A stretch of DNA of 64,000 nt from Dendrobates tinctorius. Taxonomy: Eukaryota. The DNA lies in NCBI RefSeq assembly GCF_039654945.1, contig NW_027361713.1, positions 7,564,001 through 7,628,000 on the forward strand, in the 5' to 3' direction. The notes beneath the pieces are model-generated. The model had not been told where the DNA came from. It was given only the letters and a program-made list of their open reading frames with translations, and made no database searches. Below are positions 52,164-63,668 of this stretch, one piece after another (positions within the stretch are counted from its first letter, which is position 1; every line of letters begins with the position of its first letter). The translations under genes were made by a program, and so were the position numbers.

Positions 52164-52220
52164 CCAGCATTTGCAATCTTTACTTCTCCCTGCTCCTCCG
52201 CTGTGTAATCTGGGCCGTCA

Positions 52221-53340
52221 AATCCATACTGTGCCTGACACCGTCTGAGCCTGCCTCCTGAGACATATATTTTGAATGTGTACGCTATCCATACATGTTA
52301 TCCGGGGATACGGTACCCTTTCTAACCTTTGTGCAATCACGTGCAATCCATACTGGGCCTGACACCGTCTGAGCCTGCCTCCTGAGACATATATTTTGAA
52401 TGTGTACGCTATCCATACATGTTATCCGGGGATACGGTACCCTTTCTAACCTTTGTGCAATCACGTGCAATCCATACTGGGCCTAACACCGTCTGAGCCT
52501 GCCTCCTGAGACATATATTTTGAATGTGTACGCTATCCATACATGTTATCCGGGGATACGGTACCCTTTCTAACCTTTGTGCAATCACGTGCAATCCATA
52601 CTGGGCCTAACACCGTCTGAGCCTGCCTCCTGAGACATATATTTTGAATGTGTACGCTATCCATACATGTTATCCGGGGATACGGTACCCTTTCTAACCT
52701 TTGTGCAATCACGTGCAATCCATACTGGGCCTAACACCGTCTGAGCCTGCCTCCTGAGACATATATTTTGAATGTGTACGCTATCCATACATGTTATCCG
52801 GGGATACGGTACCCTTTCTAACCTTTGTGCAATCACGTGCAATCCATACTGGGCCTAACACCGTCTGAGCCTGCCTCCTGAGACATATATTTTGAATGTG
52901 TACGCTATCCATACATGTTATCCGGGGATACGGTACCCTTTCTAACCTTTGTGCAATCACGTGCAATCCATACTGGGCCTAACACCGTCTGAGCCTGCCT
53001 CCTGAGACATATATTTTGAATGTGTACGCTATCCATACATGTTATCCGGGGATACGGTACCCTTTCTAACCTTTGTGCAATCCATACTGGGCCTAACACC
53101 GTCTGAGCCTGCCTCCTGAGACATATATTTTGAATGTGTACGCTATCCATACATGTTATCCGGGGATACGGTACCCTTTCTAACCTTTGTGCAATCACGT
53201 GCAATCCATACTGGGCCTGACACCGTCTGAGCCTGCCTCCTGAGACATATATTTTGAATGTGTACGCTATCCATACATGTTATCTGGGGATACGGTACCC
53301 TTTCCAACCTTTGTGCAATCACGTGTAATCCATACTGGGC
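52221..53340. repeat. ~9 x 124-bp tandem array inside the hAT element, downstream of the transposase
   Basis: CCGTCTGAGCC recurs every 124 bp from 52241; one unit is 114 bp (loss of one copy of the GTGCAATC duplication). Confidence 0.97.
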
Positions 53341-53437
53341 GTGAGAACGTCTGGCAAGCTACAGCACCTGTGGTTTGCACACGTAAGTTTTTCATTTTTT
53401 CAGGAATGACGGTTAGGCCTAATTCCAGAACTGCAGT

Positions 53438-53918
53438 TGACCTGCACTTACTGGGAAATCATTGTTCGCGGGTAATAATTGTAATCACTCAGTGATCCCC
53501 ATCACTAACGTTGTTCAGCGGGTTATCTGCACCTGTAAGCAACAAACGCTGGCCTTTTCAGTGTAGCGCACATGCAGCCACGGACATGTAAGCGCATGAC
53601 ACACCAGTTATTGGCCAATCTCATGTTCCAGAGCCTCACGTGTCCCTCTAGTAAGCCGGACTCGGACCGCGGGGCATGACGGAGTCTCGTTCGTTAACGG
53701 AATTAAGCTTGCAATGTGTGCATCTGTTCTGTAGCTGGCATGGTTGAGGTTTCCCAGGTGGAGTCGAATTTAACCGTAGGCTCCACTCCTGGTGGTGCCC
53801 TTCTGGACATTCCTTTAAGGTTCAGCTTTGCAACCATACTGCCCACGTAAAACAAACACTTTGCCTTCATGAACGCTGTTTGGAGGGTCATGACTCGTGG
53901 GAATAACGCCGCCCAATC
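53438..53918 (-). pseudogene. Degenerate 18S rRNA fragment (3' half) carried inside the hAT element
   Basis: The minus strand reads AGTATGGTTGCAAAGCTGAAcCTTAAAGGAAT...GAAGGGCACCACCAGGAGTGGAGCCT, TTAATTCCGtTAACGAACGAGACTCC, GCGCTACACTGAA, TAACCCGCTGAAC and TTCCCAGTAAGTGC, in the same order as eukaryotic 18S, with internal deletions. Confidence 0.9.
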
Positions 53919-55659
53919 AGTTAACCTGCTAGAGAGATCCTTCGTTGCTCCCAAGCATGACATCACACTCCCTAGGAGAAAGGTAATGCCACTGTGGCGA
54001 CCGTACTCCTGGCGGCGACACAAGTGCACTGATGCCCAGCGACTGCTCGATGAATCTGCTGTAACATTGACCCAGACCACTACATTCCCCTCTCACGCTA
54101 CACGGCCTGAATCTGGCCCTGATGAAACTCAGGTTACCCTTCCCATATACAGTTCCATCTTACACGGTGACAAAGAGGAAGCTGCAGATGAAAGTGCAGG
54201 TTCAGCCCACCCGCCATCAGACACACCACCGTACTATCAGGGGCCCTGTGCCAGTGCCGTCGCCAACGAGTGGGCCCCCCCTGCTTGCTCAGGATCACAG
54301 CACTTGCAAGGTTGAAATACTGTGCAGTGAGATGGAAGATGGGGACGACGAGGAGTCCAGACTAGTCCAGGGATTCCCTAGCGAGGAGACTTATTTGATT
54401 GTTTTCAATGTTGGGACAGCAATTATTGGGGAGCACTATACTCTGGAGAATGATAGATGGGGCCCACCATACACTGGAACATTCCAAAGGTGGACATCAG
54501 ACACTGGAGCAGCATTTACAGGGCCCATTATACACTAGAGCATTAGAAATGGGGCCCATTATGTTTGGAGCATTATTTGGGCCCATAAGACAGTGGAGCT
54601 TCATCCATGGGGACCAACATATACTGTAGCATTATGTGGAGCTCATCATATACTGTTTCAAACATTATATGGGACCAATGATTCTGTATGGAGAAATAGA
54701 TGGGCCTCGTCATGAGATGTAAAAAGTGAAGTATTTTTCATTGTTCTATACCGCTATTTCTCTGCCGTATTGGAGCATGATCATTGATGAGTTGTGGAAT
54801 GTGTTAAAGGGGCGCTCTTTCGCCCAGGGCACATGAAAACCTGCAGCCAGCCCTCCCCCCCCACAACTTTAGCCAAATAACCCCCATTTTTCAGTGAGTA
54901 ACTTGTATTATGAAGTTAATTAAGGTTGACAAGCTTAAGTAAGAAGAATTGATGCTTTTGGCATTCAAATGGGCACTGTAGGTGTGTTTCCTGTCCTCCT
55001 CTCACTGCCGACTTTTATTCCCCATTGACTTACATTGGGTTTCGTGTTTCGGGACGACCCCGACTTTTCCCTATAATCGGACGATCTTGCTCGACCCGAC
55101 TTTTGGAAAAGTCGGGTTTCACGAAATGAAACGCGACCCTAAAAAAACAAAAGTTGCTCAACTCTAGTCAGCACAAGTATGTGATTTGTATACTTCTGGC
55201 CATACTCCGAATAGACGTGTCCGGCCTCGCTCTGTTAATTTCCATTGAGTGAGGCCACGCATGTCTAGTCAGCATGTGACTGCATGTATGTAAACTACCG
55301 GCACAAGAGAATCCTAACAGCGTTCAGTGAGCACTGTGAGAATTCAGAAGTCTGCAATCACAAGGAATGACTGCAGACTCATCACAAACCTTTGACAACC
55401 CCTTTAATATTCCTAACATAAATAAAAACTTGGGAATTAGTCAGTGTCACAAATAACATTTACATCCAGGTACCTTATAGATGTCGTCATCTCTGGAGTT
55501 GTTCTCCTTCTTTTCTTCTTCTTGTCCAGACCCCGTGATGAGTTTTCTCATCACCAGCCGTCTCTGCAGACTTCCATCTTCTCCGGTCTTCTGCAGCAAA
55601 TCTCCACATGATCCCCTTAAAGATATAAGTGTCATTTTAATGCCCCTAAATACAAATAT

Positions 55660-57574
55660 CTGCAATATACTGTCGCCTCACACTATTCCCCTCCTTCCTC
55701 ATACTGTCTCCTCTAACATCCCTCTTGTTCATCATACTATCTCCTCATATATTTACCCCTTCACTCTCTATACTGTCTGCTCACACATACCCCCGACTCC
55801 CCATACTGTCTGCACACATCCCATCACCCTCACTCCCCATACTGTGTCCACTTACATTAACTCGTTTGCTCCCCATACTGTCTGCACCCATCATACTGTG
55901 TCTGCACCAATCCCCCATACTCTTTCCTAATACATACTCTTCATTTTGTGTCCTCAAATCTCCCCACACATTAAATCCCCCCATCCCCACTCAAAATCCC
56001 CCCATCCCCAATCCCCCACACACATTAAGTATCCCCCATCCCCACTCCAAATCCCCCCACACACATTAAATCCCCCATCCCCACTCCAAATCCCCCCACA
56101 CACATTAAATCCCCCATCCACACTCCAAATCCCCACACATTAAATAACCCCCCATCCACACTCCAAATCCCTCACACACACATTAAATCCCCCCCACACA
56201 TTAAATAACCCCCCATCCACACTCCAAATCCCCCACATGCACATTAAATAACCCCCCACCCCACTCCAAATCCCTCACACATTAAATAACCCCCATCCCC
56301 ACTCCAAATCCCCCCACACACACATTAAATAACCCCCATCCCCACTCCAAATCCCCCACACGCACATTAAATAACCCCCCATCCACACTCCAAATCCCTC
56401 ACACATTAAATAACCCCCCCATCCCTACTCCAAATTCCCCCACACACATTAAATCCCCCATCCCCACTCCAAATCCCCCACACATTAACCCAATCCCCAC
56501 TTATTAACCCCCATCACCACTCCAAATCCCCCCGCACGTTAAATAACCCCCATCCCCACTCCAAATACCCCCACACATTAACCCCATCCCCACTCATTAA
56601 CCCCCGTCACCACTCATTAACCCCCACATATTAACCCCCCACACATTAAACCCCATCCCCATTCATTAACCCCCACACACATTAACCCTTATCCCCACTC
56701 ATTAACGCCCCCAGACATTAACCCCATCCCCATTCATTAACCCCCCCACAAATTAACCCCCATCCCCACTCATTAACGCCTCCACACATTAACCCCATCC
56801 CAATTCATTAACCCCCGCACACATTAACCCTTATCCCCACTCAACCCCCATCCCCACTCATTAACGCCCCCACACATTAACCCCCATCCCCATTCGTTAA
56901 CCCCCCCACATATTAACCCCCATCCCCACTCATTAACGCCCCCACACATTAACCCCATCCCCATTCATTAACCCCCCACACACATTAACTCTTATCCCCA
57001 CTCATTAACGCCCCCACACATTAACCCTTATCCCCACTCATTAATGCCCCCCACATATTAACCCCCATCCCCACTCATTAATGCCCCCACACATTAACCC
57101 CCATCCCCACACATTAACCCCCATGCCCTCTACAAATCCCCCCACACATTAACCCCCATCCCCTCTACAAATCCCCCCATCTCCCATCTTCGGTGGTTCT
57201 TCAGCTCCACAGTGGAGCACACTTGCCACCAGGGTTCTCTCTGGGCGCCGGGGAGTGACGTCAGCAGCGTGATCACATGACCTGATCACGCTGCTAACGT
57301 CGCTCTGACCCGGCGGTCAGAGCCGCAATTTCACTGGCGTCTGTATAGACGCCAGTACAATTGCTCCCTGGGAGCCGGCACACACTCCTTCTCTGCGCCG
57401 GCTGTAAGCTTGACAGCTGACACAGAGAACCGCCGACTCCCAGGCCAGGGGGGCGGCAGAACGCAGCCGCCAGGGAGGACACTGCGGACCGCTGCATTAG
57501 GCGGCCCGACTGCGCCCCCCTGCTGGCTGCGCCCGGGGCAAATGCCCCGGCTGCCCCCCCTAGATACGCCGCTG
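55660..57574. mobile_element. One-ended non-autonomous element (hAT-like CAGCGGCG terminus) with a C-rich minisatellite at about 55955-57185
   Basis: Right end TAGATACGCCGCTG abuts the 18-bp minisatellite; repeats of CCCCATCCCCACTCCAAAT / CACACATTAA; left boundary not found. Confidence 0.5.
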
Positions 57575-57817
57575 CATATAGCTCTGTATACCATATAGCT
57601 CTGTATGCCATATAGCTCTGTATGCCATATAGCTGCGAATGCCATGTAGCTGTGAATGCCATATATTTGTGTATACCATATAGCTGTGTATACCATATAG
57701 CTCTGTGTACCATATAGCTCTGTGTATCATTTAGCTGTGTATACCATGTAGCTGTGTATGCCATATAGCTCTGTATACCATATAGCTGTGCATACCATAT
57801 AGCTCAGTATACCATAC
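57575..57817. repeat. Same 18-bp minisatellite, directly abutting the ITPR3 splice donor
   Basis: About 13 units that run up to the GT at 57817-57816. Confidence 0.93.
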
Positions 57818-57928
57818 CTTTAGCTGTAAAACCAAGTCCATCCTATATTTACACAAAGGACTGATGTCATTTAAAATTAAAGCAGTTATGATATCAATGC
57901 CATTGGAGTCATGTGTCACTATGCAAGT
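57818..57928 (-). CDS. ITPR3: ITPR3 exon ([37 protein letters not shown])
   Basis: Acceptor ttttacag| and donor |gtatgg; 111 nt = 37 codons; [17 protein letters not shown] is type 3-like. Confidence 0.96.
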
Positions 57929-58729
57929 CTGTAAAACAAAGAAGAAATATCACGCTTAACACATTTGTTATGGGATTTCTACCATTTGTGAAAGCTAACT
58001 GCTATCCACAGGGTAGGAAATGACTTATTCATCGCTGGGTGTGAGACTGCTGGGACTACCACCAATCCAGAGAAAAGGTCTCTGCAGAGACCCATCTGAG
58101 TGAAGTATGCACACTTCTATTACACTAATTGTCTTTTGGACTGCCAGAGGTAGCCAATTACAGCACTCATCTATTTCCTGCAGTCCCATGTAGAATGAAT
58201 GAAAGGGAGATGTGCATTCTCAGACAGGCAGGTTGATAACAAGTTTTGATAAGTGGGGTTCACAGCGTTGAGACCCCAACTACTCACTAGAATGAAAGGG
58301 CAGAAGCATGGTTTCCTTCTGATGTGCTTTTCTTGGCTGAACCTCGGAGAGGCATGGTGTACAAGCAACCCAGTTTCTATAAGAGTGTATACTCCTCTGC
58401 GCTGCTCTTTAAGGATCAGACAAATAAAGCTACTTACAGCTCAACACCCCCAGACCCTTTAGACTCTGGGCTGAATCCATCAATATCCTTGGTTTCGGAA
58501 GTCAACCTATTCTGTATGGGAGCCCTCAACTCTCCCCTGACAGATCATGCATGCAGAACCTTTTGTTTTGTAAGAGATAAGCCGCCAGAGGTGAGTGCTC
58601 GTGTATGGGACAGACTGGCGAGATAGCTGCAAGCCGAACCATTGTTCATTTGACAGCTTTCTAATGTGAGAGGGGAGCTTAAGTTGATCACTTTTGGGTT
58701 ACTACAATTGGTGGAGGTCTAGATACCCT

Positions 58730-60258
58730 ATAATAAAAACAGGCGCCGGGATTCTCCAGCTGCACGGGATGGATCTCAAGCATCGTCTGGTGCTGTGGTC
58801 TCCCATTCAGGCTCGGCCATTCAGGTTTGTGCTGCATGTGTAGTTACTGCTGGCCCTCCAGCTAAGCCTATGGTGACTACTAGTTTACACGTGCAGGGCT
58901 GTGCTTGAGTCCAGATTTCACCCCACTGAGCATGTCCATGATATGGTGCCTTCCCATTGGTGCTCGGACGTCAGGTGCTCTGGCGATGTGACAGCTTCAG
59001 ATTGGTCCACAGGCAAGGTCCTGTCTGTCTGGACTTGAGCAAGGTATAAAAGGCTCTCAATGATGCACGCCTGTACGCTAGTGTAGGGAAGGTGACCTGA
59101 CGGACGGACTTGTCGGTAGGGAGAGAAGGGATGGTTGGTGCACTGAAGTTGGATGCTTGTAATAGTAGAAGGGAAACAGCTGGGGAAAATGGAATAGGAG
59201 TGCAGTACCTAAGTTTGACCACAAGATGGCAGGGGGAGCGTGAGAACAGGACTTTACAGCAGCTTAGTCATGGGGGGCGGGGAGATAGGAACCCAGGAGG
59301 GAAATTCCCGAGGAGGGAGATAAATACGACAGGAGAGGGTTCCAGAGGGTTCCAGTCCTGGGAGGAGCTCAGGAGGAGAAGAGACAGTGAAGGAGAATGA
59401 ACAGTAGAGGAGAGCTTGACCAGGGGACTGAGGGGAAAAGAAGTCAGGGGGGTGGCCCCGACATGCAGAACAGACGAGGCCCCGGGGGTACCAAACTGAC
59501 GACCTCGGACTGGTGAAGCACTGGCGGTAGATAGGCCTAGGGCAGCCCCAGCGAAAGAGCCGCGAGGAACGTCACCACGACAGAAGAGAGGTGCAGGTAC
59601 CCAGGCCTGGATACGGAGAGCTGTGAAGGTGCTGCGGTGTATGGCTACGGTCGTCAGGAGGACGGCCAATAAACTCGGACCTGTTGTACCCGAAAATCTG
59701 CCTCCGTCTCATCTCTGTGTCGTCTGTGCGCGGTAAGCAGTGGGCCACCCCCCAATCTGGGCCATTACTACACTTGTATCATGTGTGTTTGTGGCTACTT
59801 TACCACCCTGTGTGCAAGTGTGCCGCTAAAAGCACTGCGAATGGTTTTCTAGACAGGCAGTGTAGGGTGGGAACTCCCGCTTGAATGTAGCATCTGCAGC
59901 GGGCGTCCTCAGGCGTGCGTGCTATAGCACACTGTGTGTCAGAGCAGTTTCATCCACCAGCTTAGTCTTCCCTGGGGGATTAAGTTATAGGGACCCCAAT
60001 TAGTATTTTTCTATTCGCCTGTGCAGTCTAACAGGGTATAGTCCTTTTTGCGCTGCATCTTATTACTGCTTTGTGGTGTAGCGGAGCTTGGTATTTTGCG
60101 CACTGTGTACACAGAGTAACATTCAACTCAGTGTGCTTTAACTTTTTTGCTCCGCCATTGAGCTAGCCGCGGTTTCTCCATCACCGCACGGTGGACCCAG
60201 GGTTGCGCACGCACCTTATTATAATTTCTTATTTGGTGCGTTCTGCCAACAACTTACA
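58730..60258 (+). mobile_element. Probable old solo LTR, interrupted by a second solo LTR
   Basis: GC-rich non-coding block with TATAAAA at 59045 and a CA-ending terminus; no clear TSD, boundaries approximate. Confidence 0.4.
59082..59772 (+). mobile_element. Solo LTR (691 bp)
   Basis: TGTAG...CTACA inverted termini; 4-bp flanks CTAG/CTTG; AATAAA at 59668. Confidence 0.65.
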
Positions 60259-60339
60259 GCTTACATATCATTTTAACATATCGGAAGTTTTTCGTTAGGT
60301 AATATGTATTACTAGTTAATGCCAAAACATGTGACATAC

Positions 60340-60540
60340 CTGGTTCTCATGGCAAGGTCCTTGGCAATATTCTGTGAGGGTCTCCAAGGTCTGGATTATA
60401 AGAGGCACATTTTTTTCATTAATGTATAGACCCAAAAGGCCAAGACCACCTGTGGTACTCCCACACATGATATCCAGGAATTGTAAAGTCTCACACACTA
60501 AGTTGTAATTGGTCTTATTATTCTGATTCCGCAAGAAATT
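60340..60540 (-). CDS. ITPR3: ITPR3 exon ([42 protein letters not shown]...[13 protein letters not shown])
   Basis: Acceptor ccatcag| and donor |gtatgt; 201 nt = 67 codons; near-invariant IP3R RIH-associated sequence; DIMCGSTT is the type 3-like variant. Confidence 0.97.
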
Positions 60541-61456
60541 CTGATGGAAAAATCGGTAATTTAAAGTAAACATTTACTTTAGCAATTACTGGAAAATGTG
60601 CTTACTATCCTTACAAGTATGACATGTTATCACTACTGAAGCATATACTATGACCTATAGACTGCTATGCTTCTTTGGACAAATTTTTATAAAGTTTAGT
60701 TTTTGATCATCATAGAATTTCAAACTAGGTCTCAAGCAAACAGCCAAATTACTAAAATGATCCATTATAGGGCACAAAAGGAAATGTATTGGGCCTTTAC
60801 TATTCCTCTTATTTTATAGAGTCATAGTGAGAGCCCATACAAATCCAATTGTGGCATTTGTAGAATGCTCCGTTTTTCTGTCCTTGAAGCACTATGCTAC
60901 TATAAAGAAAAAAAAAACATTCCCAGCAGGGATAACCAATTATGAGACAAGACTAGGCAAAGACTTTAGGTAATGTACTGCAGAAAAGCCAGCAAATAGA
61001 TATGCAGCCATATAACAATTTTACTGTAATGCTATTTCTCTCACTTACTGATAGAAGAAATTGTAAGGTTATGCCACATGTGTGTGTAATGGTCAATTAT
61101 ATGTGATGTTAATGCTCATGTTACAGGAATATTATCATCTATATGATTTTTGAATTATTAAATGGGTTGTAGGATAATTGAAAGTCCTCAATAATATACA
61201 AGATAGATAATAAGTTGCCCACCACTCCCAAAAATGTGTCTGGAGTCCAGCAAGTTTGCTTATTGCCTAGGAGAATGTTGTACTCGGTTGCTGTTGTTAA
61301 TAGGAGCTCTTGCATTTATGGTATAACTCCTTTAGGTTACAGTGATTTCTAAATAGTCAAATACTATTTTCTACATTTACACTGGATATACAGTACATTT
61401 CACCTAATATTAATGAGTGATCAACTTGAGCAATGATGTTAGGAACTCATGTTTAC

Positions 61457-61629
61457 CTGCAGGTCTGGGTTGTGGTTTTCACACAACAGTTGAAGAAATC
61501 TCAATATGGGCTCCATAATTAGGACAATAGGACCGACTTCATTACCTTCACCAAGCTCTCCCCCTTCATGTCCTTTGCGGTGGTGGGGTCCTCCTGTTAT
61601 GGTCCTTGAAGAAGCAGGCACCACAATAC
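61457..61629 (-). CDS. ITPR3: ITPR3 exon ([10 protein letters not shown]...[25 protein letters not shown])
   Basis: Acceptor ccttgtaag| and donor |gtaaac; 173 nt, phase 1 to 0, in frame with both neighbours; [13 protein letters not shown] is the hallmark IP3R/RyR motif. Confidence 0.92.
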
Positions 61630-61848
61630 CTTACAAGGAGAATGTATGAAAAGGTTTGCATTGTGAATTTTATCAGTTACCTATCCTGTCTGTCCTGATC
61701 CTTACAACATGTTATCTCAAAAGTGTTAATATATCAAAATACATTATTTCCATAAATCATCAGCGTATGCAAAGAAAATCAACTTTCAGATTCATTTTTT
61801 ACATATACTGTGTCTTTCAACTAAAATGCATGTTCTGATGAAAGTTAC

Positions 61849-62020
61849 CTTTAGTAGTGAGATTTTCATCCGTCTCATGGGCTTCACTTGACCCTAGATC
61901 ATTCATGTTTACAGACATGGTAGATTTGATTTCCTGCTGAGCACTTTTAATTCTTTCAAACAAGACCTTGAAAAACTTTTCTGACTTATTGTCACCCCTC
62001 ATTAGATTGTAAAATGAATT
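61849..62020 (-). CDS. ITPR3: ITPR3 internal coding exon 1 of 10 in window (NSFYNLMRGDNKSEKFFKVLFERIKSAQQEIKSTMSVNMNDLG...TTK)
   Basis: Acceptor ttgtttccag| and donor |gtaac; 172 nt, phase 0 to 1; the peptide closely resembles human IP3R3 ([32 protein letters not shown], recalled). Confidence 0.93.
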
Positions 62021-62334
62021 CTGGAAACAAACAATGTGAAATAACATTTCGGTTTAAAGATAAACATTGTGCTTTTGCATATAGTTTTGTTGTTTCTCAA
62101 TTCAGCACTGACTTAATGTATTGTAACGCAATACTTATGGAACAATGCACAGTGAAATCACTTGGAAATAAAGGAAACATTTCATGTATGTCTCTTTCCA
62201 AATGTCTCAAGTTAAAACACTTGAAAGATTGGGTTCAGATTGTTTTTCATTGGTTGCATCTAGTTTCAACTTGTTTAGTCCATATAGTGATTCATGTAAG
62301 ACAGTTAGTGAGTTTAGTCAAAAAAGCAGACAAA

Positions 62335-63668
62335 CAGTGACGTAACTACAAAGTTATGGGCCCCGGTGCGAACTTTCAAATGCGGCCCTCCCATGCCAAA
62401 ATACACGCACATCTCCGCTCTGTACAGGTACGGCTCCTCTCCATACACCTCATACACGAGCGGCTCCTCTAAGTACACCATGTACACACACGGCTCTGCT
62501 CCGTACACCTCGTACATGCGCGGCTCCGCTCCGTACACACGCGGCTCTGCTCCGTACACCTCGTACATGCGCGGCTCCGCTCCGTACACCTCGTACACAC
62601 ACGGCTCTGCTCCATACACCTCGTACACACGCGGCTCTGCTCCGTACACCTCGTACACATGAGGCTCCACTCCGTACACATGCGGCTCCTCTCCGTAAAC
62701 CTTGTACACACACGGCTCTGCTCCGTACACCTCGTACACACATGGCTTCTGCTCCGTACACCTCATACACACGCGGTTCTGCTCCGTACACCTTGTACAC
62801 ACGAGGCTCCGCTCCGTACACACGCGGCTCCTCTACGTACACCTTGTACATACGCAGCTCTGCTCCGTACACCTCGTACACACGCGGCTCTGCTCCGTAC
62901 ACCTCGTACACACGAGGCTCCACTCCATACACACGCGGCTCCTCTCCGTACACCTTGTACACAAGAAGCTCTGCTCTGTACACCTTGTACACACGGAGCT
63001 CTGCTCCGTACACCTCATACACACATGGCTTTGCTCCGTATACCTCGTACACATGCAGCTCTGCGGCTCCGCACACACACACGGCTTTGCCCCATACACA
63101 CGGGGCTCCGCTCACCTCGTACACACATGGCGCTGCTCCATTCATCTCGTACACACACATCTCCACTCACCTCGTACACACATGGCTCCAGTCCGTGCAC
63201 CTCGTACACACACGGCTCCGCTCCGTCCAAAATTGTACACAGCGCTCTGCTACATCCACCCTGTGAACCCCTCCTGACCCCACACAGAAATTTTACCTCA
63301 TCCAGCACCATGACAACTAGCACAGCAGAGTCCGGCAGACACGGAGGATCCTGATCATTTGACCCTTGACTTCTCCCTTCCTGTGACCTCATCACAAGTC
63401 CTGTGCGCACAGAAAAGAAGAGCCTAGGACGCCATTGCAGGCTGTGGGGGGCTGCGGTGAGTCTACCTGGGAGGGCGAGGATGGGGTGCATGGCTTCTCA
63501 GTGCAGTGCAGGAAGAATAGACTCCCAGGCGGGACTCGGGTTGGGGTGGGGGTCAAAAACGGGACTGTCTCACGAGAATCGGGACAGTTGGGAGATATCA
63601 TGGTCTGACCTGCAGGGCCCCTGACTACCCCCGGGCCCACTGCTGCGACCATGGTATTTACGCCCCTG
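62335..63668. mobile_element. Non-autonomous hAT-type element with a ~30-bp minisatellite (about 62410-63230)
   Basis: 8-bp flanks CAGACAAA/CTGACAAA; TIR CAGTGACGTAACTAC / GTATTTACGCCCCTG; unit CGGCTCTGCTCCGTACACCTCGTACACAC. Confidence 0.82.

Larger units (their letters stand above)
45704..55166 (+). mobile_element. hAT (Ac/ZBED-like) DNA transposon, 9,463 bp
   Basis: Perfect 8-bp TSD GTCAGCAC (45696-45703 and 55167-55174); 11-bp TIR TAGAGTTGAGC; subterminal CGACTTT/AAAGTCG motifs; encodes a BED-finger hAT transposase. Confidence 0.96.
45490..55403. mobile_element. Left-truncated Kolobok/T2-like MITE that received the hAT insertion
   Basis: Right end GACAACCCCT|TTAA at 55403; the flanks of the hAT are partly inverted (GCTTCTGAATTCTCACA near 45630 versus TGTGAGAATTCAGAAG near 55335). 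Confidence 0.55.

Noticed and set aside
53438-53918. Functional rRNA gene or contaminant contig
   Set aside because: It is partial, has deletions and substitutions in universally conserved positions, and lies between the TIRs of a transposon.
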